Origin: an uncultured Gemmatimonadota bacterium
GTDB lineage: Bacteria > Blakebacterota > Blakebacteria > Blakebacterales > Blakebacteraceae
Direction of reading: 5' to 3'
Assembly (NCBI GenBank): GCA_964576115.1
Contig: CAZNUA010000018.1
Span: 1 to 64,000 of the forward strand
Length of the DNA: 64,000 nt
Shown piece by piece: positions 34,620 to 43,927 of this stretch. Under the pieces are notes generated by a model. The model was not told the origin of the DNA, did no database searches, and worked only from the letters and a program-made list of their open reading frames with translations. The position numbers and the translations under genes are program-made. Within the stretch, counting starts at the first letter, position 1. Each line of letters starts with the position of its first letter.

Positions 34620-35549
34620 ATGACCGAAGAACGTTACGGCATCAGGGTCTGGATCGCGTATGCGGTCGTTTCCGTTGTCTGGGGCTCCACCTATCTGGCA
34701 ATCCGGGTCGGGGTAGTCGAGATGCCCCCCTTCTGGATGGCCGGCGTGCGGCTCGTCACTGCCGGGGTGATCCTGCTCGCGATCGCTCTCGCTTCAGGGC
34801 GCCGCCTGCCCCGCGAGGCGTCGGCATGGGGTTGGCTCGTCCTCACCGGGGTACTCATCCTCGGCTTTGCCCTGGGGGGGATGTTCTGGGCCGAGCAGCA
34901 CCTGGAGTCGGGCCTGGCCGCCCTGCTGGCCTGTGTCAGCCCCATCCTCATGGCGCTCTACGGTTCGCTTGGCCCTCGAGGCGAGCGCCTCACCCCGCGG
35001 ATCGTGATCGGACTGCTGATCGGACTGGCCGGGGTGGCCATCCTGGTCGATCCGGGCTGGGCCCACATGGACGGGGCCGTTCCTTATGTCGCGGTGGGGG
35101 TCATTCTGGCGGGCAGCAACGCCTGGTCGGGGGGCAGTGTGCTGGCCAAACGCAAGCTGACGGCGGTCAGCCCGCTTCTCTCGAGCGCGATCCATTCCCT
35201 GGCGGGAGGGATCTTCCTGCTTCTGGTCGATCTGGTGCTGCGCGGGGGCTCGATCCCGGCGGCCCCGGGCCGGGCCTGGGTTGCCCTGGCCTATCTGACC
35301 CTGTTCGGAAGCGTGATTGCCTATTCCGCCTATCTCTACCTCGTCACCCACATGGCTCCGGCCCGGGCGGGTACCTATACCTACATCAATCCCGTCATCG
35401 CCGTTCTGCTCGGGACCCTGATCCTGAACGAGGCGATCACCTGGCGGATCGTCCTCGGCGGGGTCGTGATCCTCGGCGGTCTGGCCCTCGTGCGCCGGGC
35501 CCGCCTCCGACCGCGCGGGGCGCTGCTGGTCGAAGAACCGGCCGCCTGA
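34620..35549 (+). CDS. EamA/DMT family transporter
   Basis: VWGSTYLAIR, SGLAALL, FGSVIAYSAY, YINPVIAV. About 10 TM. Confidence 0.9.
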   Translation: MTEERYGIRVWIAYAVVSVVWGSTYLAIRVGVVEMPPFWMAGVRLVTAGVILLAIALASGRRLPREASAWGWLVLTGVLILGFALGGMFWAEQHLESGLAALLACVSPILMALYGSLGPRGERLTPRIVIGLLIGLAGVAILVDPGWAHMDGAVPYVAVGVILAGSNAWSGGSVLAKRKLTAVSPLLSSAIHSLAGGIFLLLVDLVLRGGSIPAAPGRAWVALAYLTLFGSVIAYSAYLYLVTHMAPARAGTYTYINPVIAVLLGTLILNEAITWRIVLGGVVILGGLALVRRARLRPRGALLVEEPAA

Positions 35550-35608
35550 TTGACTCCCCGCTCGCGGGGTGATATATAGAGCCCGTCCGCTCACTCCCGA
35601 CGGGGAGG

Positions 35609-37039
35609 ATGTCCTCACACATCATGGATACCTACGGCTGGCTCTCGGTTCTCCCCCCTCTTCTGGCCATCGTTCTGGCCGTACGTACCAAGCAGGTCTA
35701 TATATCGCTCCTGGTCGGCATCTGGCTGGCCTGGACGATCATCGCCGGCGGTAACCCGCTCGGCGGAGCCGTGACGACCGTGGACGGCCTGATCGAGGTC
35801 TTCGCCGATCCCGATAACACCCGGGTGATCCTCTTCAGTGCCCTGATCGGAGCCGTGATCACCCTGACCCAGCGTTCGGGGGGCATGCAGGGTTTTGTGA
35901 ACTGGGTGGTAGGCCGCGGCCTGGTCAATACCCGCCGATCGGCGGGTCTGCTGGCCTGGTTCCTCGGGCTTGTCATCTTCATCGAATCGAGTATCTGCGT
36001 GCTGGTTTCGGGCGCGGTCTCCCGACCGATCTTCGACCGCCTGAAGATCAGCCGCGAGAAGTTGAGCTACATCCTCGATTCGACCTCGGCCCCGAAGTGC
36101 ATCATCATCCCCCTCAACGCCTGGGGGGCCTTCGTGCTCGGCTTGCTGGCCACCCAGGGTGTCGACGATCCGGTGCGGATGTTCATCGCTTCGATCCCCC
36201 TCAACTTCTATGCCTTTCTGGCGCTGGCCCTGGTCCTGGGAGTAATCCTGACCAACCGGGATTTCGGGCCCATGATCGAAGCCGAACGGCGGGTACGCGA
36301 GGAAGGCAAGCTGCTGCGCGATGGAGCCGAGCCGCTGGTGTCGGACGAGGTCGTGGCCATGGAAGCCAAACCGGAGATCCCGCAACGGGCCGTGAACATG
36401 GTCCTGCCCGTCACGGTCATGGTCATAACCATGCCGGTCGTGCTGCTTGTCACCGGGCGGGGGAACCTGATGCAGGGTTCCGGTTCGGTCTCCGTTCTCT
36501 GGTCGGTGATCGCGGCCATCCTCGTGGCCGGTATCGCCTACCGGATTCAGGGCCTGATGACAATGCGGGAGATCGTGGACCTGATCATGAAAGGGGTCGG
36601 CGGACTGATCCCTCTGGCGGCCCTGATGATGCTTGCCTTTGCCATCGGTGATGCCTGCGACGCCCTGGGGACCGGTCCCTTCGTGGCCCGGGTGGCTGAC
36701 GCCGCTCTGCCCACCGCCGTCCTGCCGGCGGTTCTCTTCATCGCCGCCGGTTTCATCGCCTTCTCCACCGGCACCTCGTGGGGCACCTTCGCCATCATGA
36801 TCCCGATCGCCATCCCGATGGTGCACGTTATCGGACTGCATCCCGGTCTGGCGCTGGCGGCGGTGCTCGGCGGTGGGGTCTTCGGCGATCACTGCTCGCC
36901 GATCTCCGACACCACCATCATCTCTTCAATGGCCTCGGCCACCGATCACATCGATCACGTCCGTACCCAACTTCCCTATGCCCTGACCGCGGGGGGTGCA
37001 ACGGTGGTTCTCTACCTGATCGCCGGCCTCATCTTATGA
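35609..37039 (+). CDS. NhaC-family (Na+/H+ antiporter-like) transporter
   Basis: LSVLPPLLAI, ISREKLSYILDSTSAP, FSTGTSWGTFAIMIPI, FGDHCSPISDTTI. Confidence 0.88.
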   Translation: MSSHIMDTYGWLSVLPPLLAIVLAVRTKQVYISLLVGIWLAWTIIAGGNPLGGAVTTVDGLIEVFADPDNTRVILFSALIGAVITLTQRSGGMQGFVNWVVGRGLVNTRRSAGLLAWFLGLVIFIESSICVLVSGAVSRPIFDRLKISREKLSYILDSTSAPKCIIIPLNAWGAFVLGLLATQGVDDPVRMFIASIPLNFYAFLALALVLGVILTNRDFGPMIEAERRVREEGKLLRDGAEPLVSDEVVAMEAKPEIPQRAVNMVLPVTVMVITMPVVLLVTGRGNLMQGSGSVSVLWSVIAAILVAGIAYRIQGLMTMREIVDLIMKGVGGLIPLAALMMLAFAIGDACDALGTGPFVARVADAALPTAVLPAVLFIAAGFIAFSTGTSWGTFAIMIPIAIPMVHVIGLHPGLALAAVLGGGVFGDHCSPISDTTIISSMASATDHIDHVRTQLPYALTAGGATVVLYLIAGLIL

Positions 37040-39180
37040 GCCGACCGATCCCCTCACCGCCGGCGCTGATCGTACCCGTCGTCCTTGCCCTGGTTCTGAC
37101 CGGGTGTGTTGCCGATCAACGCCCCGACGACGGCGGTCCCCCTGTGGCTCCCGCCCGGGTGGCGTTCACCGACGGACAGCTCACCCTGACCTACGACGGC
37201 CAGGTCATCTTCTGCGCCACGGTCACCTCCAGGGTCCCGATCACGCTGAGCGAGGTCGTTGATGCCGGGCAGGCCGTGACCCAGGCTCTGCGGCTGCAAT
37301 CGGCCGATCTGCGCACACCGGTCCACCTCCGCGGCGAGATAGCCGCCGGATCGACGGCGTTTGCCTGCGAGGTCGACCGTCGCCGCACCGGACTCGATAT
37401 CGTCCGGCACGTCTCGGGGCCGAGCCGGAGCCGGCTGAACCGCGCCGTCTACGACCGGAACGCCGACTGGGTGCTCTCGGTCGACATCCCCACTCCGGTC
37501 GTGATCACGCCCGAAGAGAGCGGGGCCGAAGGTACCCGCTTCGGTCTGGAGGCCGAGGGCAGCTACGTCACCCTGCGCTTCCGGCCGCGCTGGTACGGTC
37601 GGCATCGGGGATTGACTGCCTTCCGGCCGTGGGAGTACGAAGTCTGGCCCGGTTCGGTGGCGGGGTGGTGCTCGTGGTTTGCGTACTTCCGTGACATCGA
37701 CGAGGAGACACTGCAACGGGCGGCCGAGGTCTTCGGGCGCGAGCTGGGGCCTTTCGGCTACGACTACTTCCAGATGGATGACGGGTATCAGCAGGAACCG
37801 GGGGGGCCGCCCGAGAGTTGGCTCGTACCCAATGAGAAGTTCCCCTCCGGCCTGGAAGACCTGGCCCGGACCATTGCCGGTTGCGATCTGGTACCCGGGA
37901 TCTGGACCTATGCCTCCTTCCACGACCAGGCCTGGGTCGAGACCCACCCGGAACTCTTCGTCCGCACCCCCGCCGGTGAGCCCGCCCGCGGCATGTGGGT
38001 CGGCTACGTCATGGACGCCTCTGTTCGGGCCACGCTGGAGGAGATCGTCCGGCCGATCTACCGCGGCCTGAGGGAAATGGGGTGGGGCTACTTCAAGGTC
38101 GATGCCCTCCGGCACCTGCGTTACGAGGGGTACAACAGCTTCCCCGGCCATTTCGCCGAACGCGGTCTCGACCGGGTCGAGGTTTTTCGTGCTTTTGCCC
38201 GGGCGATCCGGGAGGAGATCGGACCAGAGAGTTTCATGCTCGGCTGCTGGGGGATCCGGCCCGAGCTGATCGGTATCCTCGACGGCTGTCGCATCGGCGG
38301 GGACGGCTTCAGTTACGCCGGCCTGGCCCAGTACAACTCCTTCAACAACGTTATCTGGCGCAACGATCCCGATCATGTCGAGCTGACCCCTGAAGAAGCC
38401 TACCGTTCGTGCCTGGTCACCTCGCTGACCGGCTCGCTGCTCATGCTCACCGACCGCCCCGAACGCTATGAGAGCGATCTGGTCGAACCGGCCCGGCGGG
38501 CCGCCCCGGTGCTCTTCACCCGGCCCGGGCAGATCTACGACGTCGATCCGAGCCGCTCGATGTATCTCGAGGCGGTCGAGACCGAAGTCAGCGGCGACGG
38601 CCACCGCATCTTCGACGCCAACCTGATTCCGCGCTGCGATCTCTTCAGCCTCGAGGTCACCCGTGATTTCGGTCACTGGCTCTGCCTGGGCCGGATGGGG
38701 GGTGCCGACGAATCGATCTCCTTCGCCGAACTCGGTCTGGACAGCGAGACTGCCTGCCATGTCACCGAGTTCTGGTCGGGTCGTTATCTCGGCCGTTTCC
38801 TCGGGGAATTTCCCCCGGGCCCGATCGAGCCCCGCTTCGGTTGCCAGCTCTTCGTCATTCGGCCCGCTCTGGACCGGCCGCAGATCCTCTCGACCAGCCG
38901 GCATATCTCCTCCGGGGGGCTCGAACTCTCCGATGTCCGCTTCTCCGGCGGCATGCTCACGGGCCGCAGCCTGCTGGTGGGGGGGGACCGGTACACCCTG
39001 ACTCTCTTCGAACCGGTCGGGTGGAGCGGGGCCGAGGTTACCTGCAGCGGAGCGCGGGTGATGCAAAACCGGACCGAGGCCGTCGGTGAGGGCGCCCGCG
39101 TGCGCCGGATCGTGCTCGAGAGTGACGTAGCCGCTGAAGTGGAGTGGCGGGTGGAGTACCGTTCCGCACCTGGTTCCTGA
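37036..39180 (+). CDS. GH36/GH27-clan alpha-galactosidase-like lipoprotein
   Basis: Lipobox LTGC. Motifs GWCSW, QMDDGYQ, KFPSGL, YFKVD (nucleophile), RIGGD, NDPD. ATGA-coupled to the transporter. Confidence 0.75.
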   Translation: MSRPIPSPPALIVPVVLALVLTGCVADQRPDDGGPPVAPARVAFTDGQLTLTYDGQVIFCATVTSRVPITLSEVVDAGQAVTQALRLQSADLRTPVHLRGEIAAGSTAFACEVDRRRTGLDIVRHVSGPSRSRLNRAVYDRNADWVLSVDIPTPVVITPEESGAEGTRFGLEAEGSYVTLRFRPRWYGRHRGLTAFRPWEYEVWPGSVAGWCSWFAYFRDIDEETLQRAAEVFGRELGPFGYDYFQMDDGYQQEPGGPPESWLVPNEKFPSGLEDLARTIAGCDLVPGIWTYASFHDQAWVETHPELFVRTPAGEPARGMWVGYVMDASVRATLEEIVRPIYRGLREMGWGYFKVDALRHLRYEGYNSFPGHFAERGLDRVEVFRAFARAIREEIGPESFMLGCWGIRPELIGILDGCRIGGDGFSYAGLAQYNSFNNVIWRNDPDHVELTPEEAYRSCLVTSLTGSLLMLTDRPERYESDLVEPARRAAPVLFTRPGQIYDVDPSRSMYLEAVETEVSGDGHRIFDANLIPRCDLFSLEVTRDFGHWLCLGRMGGADESISFAELGLDSETACHVTEFWSGRYLGRFLGEFPPGPIEPRFGCQLFVIRPALDRPQILSTSRHISSGGLELSDVRFSGGMLTGRSLLVGGDRYTLTLFEPVGWSGAEVTCSGARVMQNRTEAVGEGARVRRIVLESDVAAEVEWRVEYRSAPGS

Positions 39181-39218
39181 GGAAGATCTGTCGGAGATCC
39201 GGAGGCCCGGTGTCAGCA

Positions 39219-39923
39219 CTACTCGTGGGGTGGGGCGGCGTGCGATTCAATCCAGTCCTGCAGGCGGTCCCGATAGACATAGCCGAGGACAAAGAGCGCT
39301 GTCGCCAGCACCAGCAGGCTGACAGCCAGTACCCACCGCTGCCCGGCCGCGGCGCTGCCCATCAGGGTCGAACCGGCGATGCCTGGCAGCCGTCCCACCA
39401 TCGACACGGCCAGGAACCAGCCGAACCGCATCGGTGAGAGACCGGCCACATAACAGAGGATATCCTTTGGTATGCCGGGGATGACGAAGAGCAGGAAAAA
39501 CCCGATCTGAGCTTTCGAGCTACAGCTGATCTGTTCCAGGCGCGCGACCCGGTCGGGGGGGAAAAAACGATGGACGAAAGCCGGGCCGAGAGCGCGCGCC
39601 AGATAGAAATTCAACGCCGAACCGATCGCAATACCGCCGGTCGTCAGGGCCAGACCGGCTCCGAAGCCGAACAGGTACCCACCCGCGATCTGCACCGTTT
39701 CGCCGGGAATGACGAAAACCAGCACCTGGACGATCTGGGCGCCCAGGAAGATGAGCGGGGCGGCCAGACCCCATTCGCTGATCCAGGTCCGCACCGCTAC
39801 GGGGGTGGAGAAGATATCCCAGATCTGGTGCCGGAAGGCGAAGACCAGGACGAGCAGACCGACGATCAGCAGGGGGAAAGCCAGTCCGGCGATCAGACTC
39901 CCCCGTCGTCCGGTGGTATCCAT
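39219..39923 (-). CDS. TVP38/TMEM64 (DedA/VTT-domain) membrane protein
   Basis: Q-x-x-x-x-x-IPGE, GYLFG, FYLAR, IPGIPKDILCY-x-AG. Confidence 0.88.
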   Translation of the reverse strand: MDTTGRRGSLIAGLAFPLLIVGLLVLVFAFRHQIWDIFSTPVAVRTWISEWGLAAPLIFLGAQIVQVLVFVIPGETVQIAGGYLFGFGAGLALTTGGIAIGSALNFYLARALGPAFVHRFFPPDRVARLEQISCSSKAQIGFFLLFVIPGIPKDILCYVAGLSPMRFGWFLAVSMVGRLPGIAGSTLMGSAAAGQRWVLAVSLLVLATALFVLGYVYRDRLQDWIESHAAPPHE

Positions 39924-39926
39924 TCG

Positions 39927-40616
39927 TTACCTGACGGGGTGACCGAACCGGGACCAGCGGATCCGGCTCCAGAAGGGGCGAGTGGGATCGGCCTCCCAGG
40001 AATAGAGCACGAACATCGCCCGGCCCAGGATGAGATCTTCATCCAGAAAGCCCCAGCCGCGGCTGTCGAGTGAAATGTCACGGTTGTCGCCCATGACGAA
40101 AAGTTGATCGGCCGGTACCGTGACCGGCCCCATGTTGTCCCGTTGTGAACTCAGGGGAGGGAGGATGGTCTCGTTCACCGGGCGGGCCTGTTCGGGCAGG
40201 GGTACTTCCTCGCCATCCACAAAGACATGCTTGTTACGGATTTCGATCGTCTGTCCCTCAACTGCAATGATCCGCTTGACCAGTCGGGTTCGCTCTTCGA
40301 TCGGGGAATTGAACACGATGATATCCCCGGGGCGGGGATCGCGCAGGGCCGGCAGGCGCACACCGATCAGAGGCAGGCGCGCACCGTAGATGAATTTATT
40401 CCCCAATACGGTATCGCCGGGCAGGACGGTGTACTCCATCGACGACATCTCGACATTGTAGGCTTCGGCAATGGAGATGCGGATCACGGTCGTCAGGAGG
40501 ATGACGATCAGCAGGAACTTTGCCAGCTCGAGCAGCTTCTGCGAAGAACCGGGAGGATCGACCTTCTCCGGTTTCACAGGCGACGCTTGCGGCTTTTCTC
40601 CCGGTTGCTCGCTCAT
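39927..40616 (-). CDS. lepB: Signal peptidase I
   Basis: TM helix, then box B S-S-M (catalytic Ser), GDIIVF, LVKRII (catalytic Lys), MGDNR-x-x-S-x-DSR. Confidence 0.92.
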   Translation of the reverse strand: MSEQPGEKPQASPVKPEKVDPPGSSQKLLELAKFLLIVILLTTVIRISIAEAYNVEMSSMEYTVLPGDTVLGNKFIYGARLPLIGVRLPALRDPRPGDIIVFNSPIEERTRLVKRIIAVEGQTIEIRNKHVFVDGEEVPLPEQARPVNETILPPLSSQRDNMGPVTVPADQLFVMGDNRDISLDSRGWGFLDEDLILGRAMFVLYSWEADPTRPFWSRIRWSRFGHPVR

Positions 40617-40817
40617 CACGCCCTTTCTACGGCAGGAATACGCACCGGTTCCCCGGCATCGGACTCCTAATCTGATATCGATCGGGCTCTCCCGCCACCT
40701 GAGTCTGGGATTTGATTTCTGCCTTTCGGCCGGGCGGTTCGCTGAGCCATCATGTTCCCCGGAGCCGGGTCGGCTGTCATGAGCCTGGATCCGGCGGCAG
40801 CCTTCGGAGTCAAACGC

Positions 40818-41762
40818 ATGCACGAGTCCAGCCTGGCGGGAGCCGATGAGCGTCATCTCAGGTTCGGTATGAACCTGTCGCTGGCGATCGGTATCGGCAT
40901 GCTCGTTCTGAAAGTGTGGGCCTGGCTCCTGACCGGCTCGACGGCGATCTTCAGCGATGCCGCGGAATCGGTCGTCCACGTGGCGGCGGTGGCTTTTGCC
41001 GCCTACAGCCTGCGTCTCTCGCTCAAACCGGCGGACGAAACCCATCTCTACGGTCACGCCAAAATCGGTTTCTTCTCGGCCGGATTCGAAGGCGGGCTCA
41101 TCGTGCTGGCCGCCCTGTTCATCATCTACGAAGCCGTCACCGGCTGGCTCGGGGGGCTCGAGCTTCAGCGCCTGGGTCTGGGCATCGTTCTGACGGCGCT
41201 GGCCGGGCTCGTCAACGGCGGTCTGGGTCTCTATCTGATCCGGCTCGGCCGGCGGCGACAATCCCTCATCCTCGAGGCCAACGGCCGGCACGTCCTCACC
41301 GACTGCTGGACGAGCCTGGGTGTGGTCGGCGGGCTCGTACTCACGATGCTGACCGGCTGGCTGCCCTTTGATCCGCTGATCGCCATCGCCGTGGCGATCA
41401 ATATCATCGTCTCCGGCTTCGGGCTTCTGCGCCGCAGTGTCGGCGGTCTCATGGATCGGGCCGATCCCGGTATCAACGAGGTGCTCAACGAGGTCCTGGG
41501 TCGCGAAACCGTTGCGCGCGGCCTGCACTACCACGACCTGCGGCACCGCAATATCGGCGATGCTCACTGGGTCGAAGTGCACCTGCTCTTCCCCGGTGGG
41601 ATGAGCGTCGAGGAAGCTCACCGGATCGCCACCGAGATCGAAAGGGCTCTCGAGAACGCTCTGCCGGCGGCGGCGTACGTGACCACGCACCTCGAGGCGA
41701 TCGAGGATCACGCCGAACTCCACGGCGACCCCGATCGCCCCCCGCCTGGAGAAAAAGCCTGA
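40818..41762 (+). CDS. Cation diffusion facilitator (FieF-like)
   Basis: SDAAES, KPAD-x-x-H-x-YGH-x-K, H-x-x-TD-x-x-TS, AHRIA-x-x-IE, HLE. Start could also be 40779. Confidence 0.9.
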   Translation: MHESSLAGADERHLRFGMNLSLAIGIGMLVLKVWAWLLTGSTAIFSDAAESVVHVAAVAFAAYSLRLSLKPADETHLYGHAKIGFFSAGFEGGLIVLAALFIIYEAVTGWLGGLELQRLGLGIVLTALAGLVNGGLGLYLIRLGRRRQSLILEANGRHVLTDCWTSLGVVGGLVLTMLTGWLPFDPLIAIAVAINIIVSGFGLLRRSVGGLMDRADPGINEVLNEVLGRETVARGLHYHDLRHRNIGDAHWVEVHLLFPGGMSVEEAHRIATEIERALENALPAAAYVTTHLEAIEDHAELHGDPDRPPPGEKA

Positions 41763-41828
41763 AAGCGCCGGTACCGGTTCCGGTGCCGGGCCGTATCCCG
41801 TCACCTCTAACTCCGAACAGGATCGATC

Positions 41829-42422
41829 ATGGAACTGCAGCCGTGGACCTATGACGAGGATGAACTCGTAGCCGACCTGGGTATTTTCCGGGTGCGGAGG
41901 CTGCGCGGCCGGTCCTCTCTCACGCGTCACACGTCTTCTATTACACGGGTCGAGTCCTCCCCCTGGGTGAACGTCGTGCCCCTGACCGATGCGGGCGAGG
42001 TCGTCCTCATACGTCAGTTCCGGCACGGCACCTGCGAGTTCACCCTCGAGGTGCCCGGCGGTCTGGTCGATCCCGGAGAAGATCCCGCCGCGGCTGCGGC
42101 CCGCGAACTGCTCGAGGAGACCGGCTACGCCGGTTCGGCCCCGGACCTGCTTGGCAGCGTGACTCCCAATCCGGCCTTTCTCGATAACCGCTGTTATACC
42201 TATCTGATCTCAGACTGCCGCCCGGTCGCCGATCCCTCTCCCGAAGAGGGCGAGGAGATCGAGATCCAGATTCATCCCCTTGGCGCTGTTCCCGAACTCA
42301 TCGCCACGGGGAGGATCGACCACTCCCTGGTCATAAATGCTTTCTGGTGGTACTTCGGACCCGATCCGGCCCGGGTCACCGCCGCTCCCGCCCCCCGCCG
42401 CGGGGAGAGTGAAGAAAGCTGA
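41829..42422 (+). CDS. Nudix hydrolase (ADP-ribose pyrophosphatase-like)
   Basis: Nudix box PGGLVDPGE-x-x-x-x-AAARELLEETGY. Also RQFR and PNPAF. Confidence 0.9.
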   Translation: MELQPWTYDEDELVADLGIFRVRRLRGRSSLTRHTSSITRVESSPWVNVVPLTDAGEVVLIRQFRHGTCEFTLEVPGGLVDPGEDPAAAAARELLEETGYAGSAPDLLGSVTPNPAFLDNRCYTYLISDCRPVADPSPEEGEEIEIQIHPLGAVPELIATGRIDHSLVINAFWWYFGPDPARVTAAPAPRRGESEES

Positions 42423-42616
42423 AACTTCCACGTCGCTTCGACCGTGGGAAAAAAAGAGCCCGGTACCCTTTCAACCTTCGGCGGCTTTCCGGCATCGAAG
42501 GTTTGACAGAGTTCTGACGTCGAGAACCAATCGCACCCGGCAGTGACCCCGCCTTCATCCCCCCTGTCACGAACGGGTGCAGTGTCCCGGTCCACGACCG
42601 GGCAGGGGAGGTGACC

Positions 42617-43660
42617 ATGAAGAGTATCCGAACGACGCTCCTGGCCTGTGCGGCCCTGCTGATTCTGGCATCGACGGCCGGGGCCCAGGAGGTCGAACGT
42701 TTTGATTTCTCGGGGGTGAACCGCATCGAGGTGGATGGCACCTCGGGTGATATTGCCATCTTCAAGGCCGAGGGCCGGCAGGGGTACGTCGAGCTCGAAC
42801 AGAATGTCATGCCCCGCGAAAACTTCCGCGGCGAGGTCGACCAGAGCGGGAACACCCTCCGTGTCGCCGAGCACTGGCGGGGCCGCACCACCCACGGCCA
42901 TGTGGCCTGGCGCATCTACCTTCCCGCCGGCGGTGACGGGCTCCGGATCACGATCGATACCGCTTCGGGTGATCTCGAGGCCACCGATGTAGCCGCCGGT
43001 TTCCGGTTCGAGACCGCCAGTGGAGATATCGATCTGCGCGGTGTCCAGCTGGGTGAGGGATCGCGGTTCGATACCGCCAGCGGTGACATCGATCTCAGCG
43101 ACATGACCGTGACCGACGGTGCGTCCTTCGACACCGCCAGCGGCGATATCAGCCTCGATGACGTGACTGTCGGCAACGATGTCGATTTCGACACCGCCAG
43201 CGGTGACATTACTCTGGAAAACGTGACCATCGGCGAGGGGTGCGACTTCTCCACCGCTTCGGGTGAGGTCCGGGCCTACAATTCGCGGGGTGCCCTCGAA
43301 CTCGATTCGGCCAGCGGTGATGTGGACATCCGGGAGTGCGTCCTGACCGGACCGAGCCAGTTCTCGACCGCCTCGGGGGATGTCGATATCTCGCTCAACG
43401 ATATGGTGCAGCACGATCTGGAGGGTTCGAGCGCGTCGGGTGACGTGACCCTGTCGATCGACGATTGGGGACGGAACTTCACCCTCATCCTGGTCAAGCG
43501 TCGGGATCGCGGCCGTCTCACCTGTCCCTTCGAGTACACTTCCGAACGCACTTTCGAGCGCTACGATTACGTGTACGAGGAGAAGATCGTTCAGCAGGGC
43601 AGCGGTGGACCCGAGATCCGTATCTCGACCGCTTCGGGAAACCTCGTCATCAGGCGCTGA
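42617..43660 (+). CDS. DUF4097 (toast-rack beta-solenoid) secreted protein
   Basis: Signal peptide and about 11 [T/S]ASGD[I/V]-like repeats. Confidence 0.88.
   Translation: MKSIRTTLLACAALLILASTAGAQEVERFDFSGVNRIEVDGTSGDIAIFKAEGRQGYVELEQNVMPRENFRGEVDQSGNTLRVAEHWRGRTTHGHVAWRIYLPAGGDGLRITIDTASGDLEATDVAAGFRFETASGDIDLRGVQLGEGSRFDTASGDIDLSDMTVTDGASFDTASGDISLDDVTVGNDVDFDTASGDITLENVTIGEGCDFSTASGEVRAYNSRGALELDSASGDVDIRECVLTGPSQFSTASGDVDISLNDMVQHDLEGSSASGDVTLSIDDWGRNFTLILVKRRDRGRLTCPFEYTSERTFERYDYVYEEKIVQQGSGGPEIRISTASGNLVIRR
43010..43270 (+). repeat. In-frame 60-nt (20-aa) tandem repeat within the DUF4097 gene
   Basis: GA(C/T/G)ACCGCCAG(C/T)GG recurs at 43010, 43070, 43130 and 43190, with a degenerate copy at 43250. 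Confidence 0.75.
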
Positions 43661-43723
43661 CCGGCTTTAACCCCCGCGCTTTCTCAGCTGTTCTGAACAG
43701 CGCGGGAAAAAGACAGGTGTATC

Positions 43724-43760
43724 AGCGGGCCGCTCCGGTTCTGAGCCGTGGCGGCCCGCT
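43724..43760 (+). terminator. GC-rich hairpin after the DUF4097 gene (possible terminator or mRNA-stabilising stem)
   Basis: AGCGGGCCGC...GCGGCCCGCT, a 10-bp stem. No clear U-tract. Confidence 0.35.
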
Positions 43761-43821
43761 TGCGTATCGACTCTTTGTGCCTCAGGAATGACCAATGGAC
43801 CGATGCGAAAGGCGATCGGGG

Positions 43822-43870
43822 TTGACCGGTACGATAATTATATGCATTTTTGTGCATAAATGCATGAATA
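43822..43870 (+). promoter_or_regulatory. Promoter with an ArsR-type palindromic operator
   Basis: TTGACC at 43822 and an AT-rich island containing TATGCA-N6-TGCATA (43841-43858), upstream of the permease-thioredoxin-ArsR operon. Confidence 0.6.
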
Positions 43871-43927
43871 GGTACAGGTATTCCACATCCTGTCATCATG
43901 CCGGTGAGGACACGTTCCGGGAAAAGC

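Noticed and set aside
37054-39219. Very long antisense ORFs (721 aa here; also 98-1744, 35615-36892, 55876-57381, 58927-60774 and others)
   Set aside because: They lie opposite well-supported genes and show no recognisable motifs. Such shadow ORFs are expected from high-GC codon bias.
39927-42026. 699-aa ORF suggesting a large N-terminal fusion to signal peptidase I
   Set aside because: The extension is antisense to the CDF and Nudix genes. The real lepB starts at about 40616.
42955-43445. Regularly spaced ~20-nt repeats with a 60-nt period, superficially CRISPR-like
   Set aside because: They are in-frame coding repeats (TASGD) of the DUF4097 solenoid, varying at wobble positions. There are no cas genes.
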